The notes beneath the pieces are model-generated. The model made no database searches. It was not told the origin of the DNA and saw only the letters and a list, made by a program, of their open reading frames with translations. This document shows, in pieces, positions 54,366 through 64,000 of a stretch of 64,000 bases of DNA (position 1 is its first letter; every line of letters begins with the position of its first letter). The position numbers and the translations under genes are program-made. The DNA is from Octopus vulgaris. Lineage: Eukaryota. Location of the stretch: contig OX597837.1 in the NCBI GenBank assembly GCA_951406725.2, positions 36,828,001 to 36,892,000 of the forward strand, read 5' to 3'.

Positions 54366-57190
54366 ACCGAAATGGAATTATATATAATAAATTGTAAAGA
54401 AAATGGTGCGTTTGAATTTTGTGTTGGCTTCCTGTTGTAATTTTAAAAATAATTTTCGATGTAAATTTGAAATTAAAAAAATTAATAAACCTTGTTAGGA
54501 TGAAAAATATTCAAAATAGATTTCGAAATAAAAATAATAATAATAATAATAAATCTAGAAAATTTTAAAATATTATTTTGAATATGCAAACGGTATACTA
54601 TATATATATATATAACGTCCTATATCTCGAGTAGATAAAGGTGTTTTTAAAAACAGGTAATAATATTTAAAAATTAAATAAACACCTGTTAAGGTGAGAC
54701 TATGTTACAGGTATAAAAATGCAAGATATCAATTAAAATAGTTAGAACGTAGAATATGGTATCCTGGAAACAATATAGAAATGGTGTATAAATGTAGTTT
54801 TGGTATAAAGTATTATATAAAATCAGAATATTTTGTGGTTGGAATTAAATTTAATTAAGAGAAAATAAAGCGGACGATAGGAAAGTTGCGCTCCGCCATA
54901 CTTTCACTTAAGTGCGTGATTAAAAACTATTAATTAAATCTCCCAGCCTCATTTCTCTGAAGAAAAATAGTTCTGCATTTATTTATTTCTGAAGTATATT
55001 TTTTTCACCTGTAGCAGTTTTTGTTTTAGTTTCTTTGGATCAAATAAAGACCTGGGTTGTACATAGAATAGATTACAACAAAATATACCTAGAAATTCGG
55101 AAGTATTTATTAGAAAACCAGTCAGCTGCTAAGCAGTAAATGATATTAAAATAAAACTAGAAGATTATATAAAACAATAGGTAATTTAACACAAACGAAT
55201 TTAATAAAAACAGAACAAAACAAGACCATTAAAAAGTCAATTAACTAGAAATAAAATAGAAGAAAAAAATGATAATTTTGATCTATAATTAATATTATTT
55301 TTTCTTAATTTTCCAACAAAGTCTTTGACTCAAATAGAGATGGACTTCAGTGATGAAGTGAAGGGCGAAATAGTTCCAAGCTATAAACGTTGTTGTTAAG
55401 TAGTGATAGGCCGCTAATCTTGTATTACTCCGCTTTGATTGGAACCAGCAATGTTGGCTGTCGTCTAAAATTTTACCCAAGGTCAGTATATTCCTTCACA
55501 ACATATCCCTTACTTCATTATTCTTCCTTACATTGTATTTATTTACAAAGTCACCCGTTTATTCATTGTCCCATATGTAACATCCATTTGCTCCCTCTCT
55601 TATGCATTTCTGTATATTTTTTCTTTTTTTCCTTCGCCTTTTTTTTTCCATTCCTCTCTCTTTCTCACGTCTCTCCCGTAATTTTTATTCATTCTCTCAA
55701 TTGCAATTTAACCAGACATTCCCCGGGTTTATTTACCATGTAAATACCGTCACCACACGTTTTACTGCAAGACATAAATATCACAAGATCGTTGTGTGTT
55801 TACTACTGTTATAATAATCCCCAACAAATGCTCTGTTGCCCTATATAACAAAAATGTTGACGGAATGTAAACCTGACGTGCCCCGAGGCCACTACCCAAT
55901 TAGAACTAAACAACCCAGTTTCACTTCATTTCTCTTGCTTAATTTTAAGTGGGAATGCCATGAATGCCACACGTTCTTATTTAATTCATTGTCTTTATAA
56001 AATCCAGAACGAATATCTATATAAGAGCTCTGAAGATAATAAAAATCTTCATCGTGTTTCGTGCATGGTAGAAACGTCGGACAAAATGCCTTGCGGTATT
56101 TAATCACGTACGCCTCTGTTATGTTCTGACTTCAAATCCCTTTCAACTTTCCGATGTTAACACGATAGACAGAATAATTCAATTATTAGGGGATCGATAT
56201 AATTGAGCGATCCCTCCCTTAAAAAAAAAAAGAACGTGACCTTTTCGTCTGTATTAAAATACCACGAATCATCATTTATGGTTCATTCATTCATTGAAGA
56301 TGAGCGGTGACGATTTTAAAATACTGGACTAAATGAATTTCGTTATTTTACAGCTTCACTTTCTAACTTCCAGAGTTGGGAAGAAAACATTCTTTTACTT
56401 TTGAAATATTTGCTAACATGTGAAATGTTTATAAATACTTAAAATACAGCTATAAGGGCTGTCGATGTAACATTTGCGATAAACGAATGGTGAGGGATAT
56501 TTCCCCAAATATGAAATGCTTAGTGAGGTTTATTGAAGATATAACAGTAATTATAAGAATAAAGATTCATTATTTATGATAACTCGTTTGCTAAAAAAGG
56601 GTTCGCGATGATTAAAAAGTTTGAAAACCGCTGATTTGCAGTGTCTTCAGATGGATCTGTGTTTCAGCTGTTTTCGGTTCGAGACCTCACCCAAATATCA
56701 ACATCATTTCATCTTATATATGGTACCCAATAATGTGTATGTTATCTGAGGTCAGCCGTAATCGAGCAAACCTGTGACCGAAGGCTTTCCAACCACGACC
56801 ATCTCGTTTTATTTTTCAGACACGGTGCGTGTGCACTGCATCGTCTGCGTAATATCGAAGACAGGTGCAAACGTGCCTACGTTTTAGTTCCCGAGACAAG
56901 GGACCTCTTGTAATTCACTATTTACAGAACAATTATATTATCTCACGTCATTAAAGAAGGTTTTAATTATAATTATCTTTAAAGACTGAACAACTACGTA
57001 GATAGAGAGAATGTTTTCGAATTAGGCGCAGGCGTTAATAATGTATGGTAAGAAATTTGCTTCCCAACCACATAGTACTGGGGTCAGGCCCCACTCCGTG
57101 GTACCTTGGGCCAGTGTCTTCTACTATAGCCTCGGGCTGACCAAAGCCTTGGGAGTGGATTTGGTAGACGGAAGCTAAAAGAAGCCCATC

Positions 57191-57482
<292 letters not shown>

Positions 57483-58089
57483 CCACCACCGCTTGACAAC
57501 CGGTGTTGGTGTGTTTACGCCCCCGTAACTTAGCGGTTCTACAAAAGAGATCGATAGAATAAGTACAGAGCTTTAAAAACAAAATAAATACTGGGGTCGA
57601 TACATTAAAGGAAAGCTTCAAGACGGTCCTCTAGCATGGCCGCAGTCTAATGACTGAAACCAGCAAAAGGTAAAAAGAGAGCGGCTCCAGGAGAACCCGA
57701 GGTACCAGGGAGCAGATCTTAATAATGATGGTGGTGGTGGAGAAATGATAGGTATTTTGGCAATGTTTGGTTTCATTACACCAAAACTGGGGGCAGCAGT
57801 TAATTCAATAGGGCGTGGCTTCATAATGGTTCTTTTAGATACACTGCAAAACTACGCAGTCCATCAAAAATTCTCCAGTCGCATCTGGTGAGACCGAATC
57901 ATTTCCCGACGGAGCCCACTAAAGAAGCATCCTTTTAGTTTTTAAAAACCTTTTAAAACATCCCCAGTGAGGTGGTCATGACATCAGCAACCCCAGACAA
58001 CACGGATTTTAAATCAGGAGGACGCAGGTGGCAACAGCTTTGTTAGCCACAACAGAAGGCCAACAAGCAGGTCGCAGTGGTCTCTGCTG

Positions 58090-58700
58090 AATCTAGATTG
58101 CAGATGAATGCAAAAACAAAGTCATGGTGCAATTGATACTGTCATCTCGACATCGGAAACGTCAATATCGACCCAGTGTTTTCCTTTACATGCATACCTT
58201 GATGCAGAACTAAATGACACAGGTAATTGCAGCAAAGAAATATAGTGAAAGCTAGCTAAGGTACGATGCACCAAACACGACAAACCTCTGGGGACATCTG
58301 GAAAGATGATCCGTTGACATTAAAAGCAAGATACAGCCTCGTAAAAGTATCAACCGGTCTGTAGCCCGATGTGGCTACGAAATATAGAGCCCCGAAATCT
58401 GCTGATGACAAGAAGTTAACATTTGAGATATGGCTGGACAGACGGATCTTTGGGGAGCCATAATGAAATGAGATCCAATAATTTCGTTCAAGATTTGATA
58501 CAAAGCCAATACTTCTGGAAATTGTTATTAAAAGGAAACCTCGCTGTTTTTGGACGCATTTCAAGAGCTGGATGTATATCAGAACCGCTGTAGTTGAAGG
58601 TGCAATGGAAGGAGATAAAGGACAGTGTAACATGATGCTGGGTCGACAAATCCTTTCATTTGTCGACTCAGACATGCAACAAGTAGGTTGCTTTGCAAGA
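58090..58700 (+). mobile_element. Old RTE-type LINE fragment
   Basis: Decayed frame SVARCGYEI..KSADDKKLTFEIWLDRRIFG resembles RTE YGxExW..AFEMW..RRIL. Confidence 0.55.
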
Positions 58701-59239
58701 AGTTGGTTGCTGTGGATCTGGCACAGTGTGGGCCATGGATGATGATAAGTACACGAAGGACTACATTGTCCAACGCTCCTCTTTTTTCTTTTTGAACAGA
58801 GACAATACAGATGTGGTTTGAAGGGGAATTTGGCTGCTGTTTCTAAAAGTTCGGGCGACTACTTGGAGCTCGTTGACTCCAAGTGCCAATGGTGTGTGGA
58901 CATCTTTTATTTTTTTTACTTATTTCAGTCATTAGACTGTGGCCATGTTGGAGCACCTCCTTGAAGAATTTTAGTCGAACAAATAGATCCCAGTCCTTAT
59001 TTTGTTTTTAAATCCCGGTACTTATTCTATTGGACTTGTTTACCGAGCCGCTAAGTTACGGGGATGTAACTATACCAACACTGGTTGTCAAGCAGCAGTG
59101 GGAGACAAACACATATATGTAAGCTGTGCAGTTCTTTCAGTTTCCATCCACCCAATCTACTCACAGGGCTTTGGTCGGCCCGAGGCCATAGCAGAAGACA
59201 CTTGCCCAAGGTGCCACACGTTTGCGCCTATATACGTTG

Positions 59240-59282
<43 letters not shown>

Positions 59283-59375
59283 TAATCCAAACAAGAAAAC
59301 AAAAAGACAACAACGCAAGGATGTGGAACAAATAAAGTATTATTGGACGCTCAGGAAAGAAGGGAAGAAGGAGGG

Positions 59376-59408
59376 TTTGACGTTTCGAGCGGAGCTCTTC
59401 GTCGGAAA
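59376..59408 (-). ncRNA. Putative minimal hammerhead (CCGACGA core variant) in a (TA)n-embedded element
   Basis: Minus strand reads TTT-CCGACGA-A-GAGC(TCC)GCTC-GAAAC-GTC^-AAA. Confidence 0.5.
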
Positions 59409-59551
59409 TATATATATATATAATTGTTAAAGAGGACTCCTACAATGGTTCCATAACTTCCGTCTCAGCTATAACCTTGGAGCCCTGTAATCCGCTACAG
59501 CACTTACCTAGCGTACCTAGTTGTTTAGCTCACCTGTAAACTAAGCCCCCA

Positions 59552-59594
<43 letters not shown>

Positions 59595-59893
59595 GGAAGG
59601 CGTGAGAAGTGTAATTAGAATTATTTTTCTATATGATTACAGCCGTTTCGTGTAACTGCATAATTCTCTGAAGCCAACTTTTATACTACTTATATATATT
59701 AAAAATGAGGAGGACTGGTTTTTGGGATTACCTTAGGTTTCCCGTCCATGAAGGGTTTAACTTTATGGCGTGTCGTCAGATCCCAAAAAACCTGTTGGCC
59801 CAAGACCTCTTAAAAATATGGAACTGGAAATATATAGGAAATAATTCATCGTCACTAAAATGTAACGAAGGGTGATATATATATATATATATG

Positions 59894-59937
<44 letters not shown>

Positions 59938-60637
59938 CAATTTACAGAAAGCAAAAGACGAAGATAAGTGTGGGAACGACAAGCGGGTGTATTAGTTTGA
60001 CGCTCGGGTATAATGGAAAAGTTTTTGACTTTCTGAGCCTAGGCTCTTCGATAGAAGGGGGGGGGGGATGGTGAGAGAATGTGACACACACACACGTTTT
60101 TGTGTTTATAAAAGATATGACTCAATGCTTAAGTCATAAGAAACGTGGGTGTGTATAGGAAAATAGACTATCAAAACACTCCTAATTCTTTTTTTATCAT
60201 AAATCTAAAGGGATCGATAACTCGTGCCTCGGAAGGAAATATCTAAGTAACAATAACGGGTTCCAAATTTTGGCCCAATGCCAGCAGTTTTGGGGGAGGG
60301 GGTGTAAGTCAGTGTAATCGGCTCCAGTGTTGAACTGGTGTTTATTTTTGTCGGGCCCCGAAAGGATGAAAGGCAAAGTCGACCCCGGCGGAATTTGAAC
60401 TTAGAAGGTAAAGACGGGCGAATTACTGCTAAACATTTCGCCCGGCCTCCGAAAAATTCTGCCAGCGCTAATAATGATAATAATAATAATAATTAATTCT
60501 TTTTTATTGGCCACAAGGGCTGACAAACATGATTGGAAAACATAAAGGGACAAAACAGGACGAAAGGTTACAAAGGGTTCTGTCTGTTTTTTGAAAGAAA
60601 AAAAGTTCGTGTAAACAAGCTTTATTATAATAATAAT

Positions 60638-60960
60638 TCTCTAAAAGAAATGGAGAAACTCTCAAAATACAAAGACCTGGAAATAGAGGTAACTAGAATG
60701 TGGAATCTAAAAACAGAAACAATTCCTATCATAGTAGGTGCATTAGGCATGATAAAAAAATATTCAGACAAAAACACCAGGACTTACAAACACATATAAC
60801 ATACAGAAAATTGCACTACTGGGCAATGCACACATCCTACGCAGAACACTTTCAATACAATAACCATCAGAGCACCACAACAAATCACAGCACATACCCA
60901 AGGCACACAGAGCTGTGCTCGGTAGTGAAGTGAAAGCACGCTATAAAAATAAAACTACTG
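60638..60960 (+). mobile_element. R4/Dong-type LINE 3' end within (TAA)n (related fragment at ~18230-18412)
   Basis: KEMEKLSKYKDLEIEVTRMWNLKTETIPIIVGALG...IQKIALLG; flanked by AAT repeats. Confidence 0.75.
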
Positions 60961-61597
60961 AATAATAATAATAATAATTTATTTCTTTATTGCCCACAGG
61001 GGGCTAAATATAGAGGGGACAAACAAGTACAGACAAAGAGATTAAATCGATTACATCAACTCCAGTGCGTAACTGGTACTTAATTTATCGACCCCGAAAG
61101 TAATGATGATGATCTTAGTAATTATTTGTAAGCGAGACAGATCCAAACATTTTTTTGGGGGAGAAGGTAGATGGAACATTCAGAAGAGAACTTGAGTTGT
61201 AGTTTAATAACAACTATATCGTTTTAAGGAAATGGCATGAACGCCACAACACCCCCATTTTTGTTTGTAAAAAAAAGATTCAAGGCTTTGAGAAGTGAAG
61301 GGCATTGTTGCAGAAGCAACAAACATTGAGATAATTCCTGGATTGAAGCAAGAATGTGCGCTACTCACACCCGCTTTCATTTCGTTCATGTCGCTTTTAA
61401 ACACATACACACACACAACAGAGGATGATGCAGTTCACGGGTTCTCGTTTGTCCTACATAAACCCTCATTTCTTTCTAAAGTCGTTGTTCTATCATCGAG
61501 TTGGCAGCAGCATCTCTCTCCTGGCATTGGTCGTGAATGCTCCACATTCTCACTCCACTAACAGTTTGTCTGTCTATGTACACACATATATATATAT

Positions 61598-61983
61598 TTA
61601 TATATATAAAGCTGAAGTTGTCTGTCTGTGTGTGTGTGGCAGGTTTGGTAGCCTTCAACTAACACTGTCTCCTCCGAGACCCTGTGGCGCAAGTTGACCA
61701 AAATTGAAAGTATGATAAAAGAAGGCTTGCTCTTCATTCCGTAGAAGAAAAAATTAAAATCGGACCATGTTAACACCAAAAATTATTAACACCAAAAAGG
61801 TGCTTTTTTTCTATGAAAATCCCTATTTTTTTACGATTTTTCGACTGCTGTGTTTCAAACAGAAAAATGTTCACTTAAAGAGAATAACAAGCTACATAAT
61901 GCAAAATTTTTACTTTTCAAAAATTCCAATTCTAAAGGGTCGAAAAGAAAACAAACCCGAGCAACGCCAGGCGATACTACTAG
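61598..61983 (+). mobile_element. Non-autonomous Helitron-like element
   Basis: TATATATAAAGCTG..(TCTG)(TG)n head; 3' cccgagcaacgccaggc hairpin remnant then CTAG|T. Confidence 0.65.
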
Positions 61984-64000
61984 TATATATATATATATAT
62001 GCCTGGATGTATATATATGTAGGTGTCTGTTTATCTGCCTGCCTACTCAAATATTTGTTTATTGTTTTCCTTTAGTTAATCTTGGAACATCACATATATA
62101 TATGTTGTTTTGAAGTCACTCCCTCCGTTTAGTCACATTTTTTGTTTCATTTTAACAGTTAATGTTTACGACTTACAATGAAAATATATTTTCTATTATA
62201 GTAACTACGCTTATAGTCACTCACCCCTGTTTCCTCTCCCATGCCAATCCCTTCCCTTTATTCGATTCTTCTCCCTGCAGCAGCCCCCGTTTATAATCAC
62301 ATTCTCATGCTTTATTCACTCATCTACTATTCACAGCAGTAGCTTCTCTTATAAGCCATTCATCTTCCTCATTCATTGATAGCAAACACCAATCATAGAT
62401 GCTCCACTTAGACAAGCCAGGCTCCTCGATATGGTTGCTAGAAATAGCAGCCTAAACTCTTTTGAAAATACACCTTATCGTCTTTAAAACAGAGGCAAGG
62501 CCATATTGGTTAATGTAGTCTTTGATACCTGTTATCTTTTTTATGTCAGTCCTGCGGCCATACTGGAGCACCACCTTGAAAGGTTTTAGTCGAACTATTC
62601 GACCCCCAGTACTTATGGTTTAAAAGTCTCGCGCTTATTCTGTTGGTCTCTCTTTTCCGAACTGCTAAGTTACGGGGAACGTAAACAAACCAGCACCGGT
62701 TGTCAAGCAGTTGTGGACACACACGCACGCACGCGCGACATGCTTCCGCATAGTTTCCGCCTACCAAATTCTCACACAAAGCATTGGTCGGGTTCCTGGG
62801 CTGTAAATAAAAGACCCGTAATGGGACACAACGCCTGACAAAATGCTTATCGACATTTCGTCTGTCTTTATGTTCTGAGTTCAAATGGTGTAGGAGTCAA
62901 CTTCGCCTTTCATCCTTTCTGGGTCGATAAACTAAGTACCAGTTACGCACTGGGGGTCAGTGTTATCGACTACCCCACTCTCCCAAAATTTCAGGCCTTG
63001 TGTCTATTGTGGAAAGAATTATTACTACTGAAACGACGTGTTCTGAGTTCAAATCCCGCCAAAGTATTTTTAAAATCGACAGAACAATGTACCAGTCAAA
63101 TGATATCAACTAACTCTTCTTTCCTATAAAAATTTACTAGCCCTATGCCCTAAATTGTTAACACTTATTACAGAAAGGACATTATGTTCCGAGTTCAAAT
63201 CCTGCCGAGGTTAACTTTACTTTTCTTTTTTCCGGAATCGATAAAATAAAATACAAGCCAAGTGCTAGGGTCGACTGTATTGACTGACTCCCTTTCTCCT
63301 GAAAATTGCTGACCTTGTGCCAAAATTAGTGCCTATTATTACTGTATCGACCTTGATAATTAAGGCCATGATTTTTCCGCTTATATCACGTTATTTTCTC
63401 TTTTATGAATGCATTTAGTTTACCCTGGTCTCGTTTGTGGTTATACACTTTGATTTTACAGTCAATAGACTCTGAATTTTATGGAACTATTACTGACATT
63501 GATTGTCATTAATGGTAGTTAATGGTTTCTAAACTGAAGTGAAGACCACAAATTTGTGGAGGGTGGTGGCGGTGAGATTTAGTCGATGAAATCGATTTCG
63601 GTATTTGATCGGTGGTACTTTATTTAATCGTTCATGGAAGTATGAAAGGTAGGGTTGACTGCGACGGGGGTTTTGAACTGAGAACGTAAAAATTCGGAAG
63701 AAATGTCATGAAATAATTTTTTCCGATGCCAAAAAAATTATTTGAAAAAAAAAAAAAGTTGCCTTTACGTTCTGAGTCCAACTTTCCCTTACGGAGTTCA
63801 TATATAAAGGGTACCACATCGATTTTCCGGAACGATTTGGTTCGAAATCCTGATTTTTTTTCCCCCGAATCAGGGATGGTTACCTTGGCCAAGACCTTGT
63901 AAATCAAACAAATGTTAAATTTACTTAAATAATTAGGCGTAGGAGTGGCTGTGTGGTAAGTAGCATGGTTCCGGGTTCAGTCCCACTGCGTGACACCTTG

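Noticed and set aside
54855-54900. Minus-strand ATGGCGGAG start or YY1-like promoter of a second gene
   Set aside because: The ORF stops after 14 codons with no donor or recognisable protein. No second host gene could be traced in 47-64 kb.
59635-59784. Hammerhead with a ~120-nt stem II insert (minus strand GAT-CTGACGA ... GAAAC-GGCT-GTA-ATC)
   Set aside because: Core halves and a 3-bp stem I are present, but the base of stem II does not pair, so it is not supportable without a family alignment.

Overview
This is AT-rich, repeat-dense animal genomic DNA; its SINE, MITE and microsatellite repertoire points to a coleoid cephalopod (Octopus-like; inferred). The only host gene I can support is the spliceosomal SF1 RNA helicase Aquarius (AQR/IBP160) on the minus strand. 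It has a probable non-coding first exon and CpG-rich promoter at ~46.7-46.96 kb, its ATG at 43600, and 32 coding exons traced with consistent phases down to 626; the 3' end lies beyond the left edge. One exon (24259-24289) is truncated and fused to a SINE, which breaks the frame as assembled. The introns and upstream region hold tRNA-derived SINEs, mariner derivatives, TTAA-flanked piggyBac-type MITEs, Helitron/Helentron MITEs, fragments of RTE, CR1, Tx1, Hero and Dong-type LINEs, and mini/microsatellites. The most interesting signal is a set of minimal type-I hammerhead ribozyme motifs. One family is a ~378-bp retrozyme-like unit that joins a tRNA-type Pol III promoter, a hammerhead and the start of a Penelope-like ORF, arranged as tandem dimers and inverted copies. 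Other fold-back or TA-embedded elements carry hammerhead variants with an altered catalytic core (G3-C8, possibly U3-A8, and CCGACGA).
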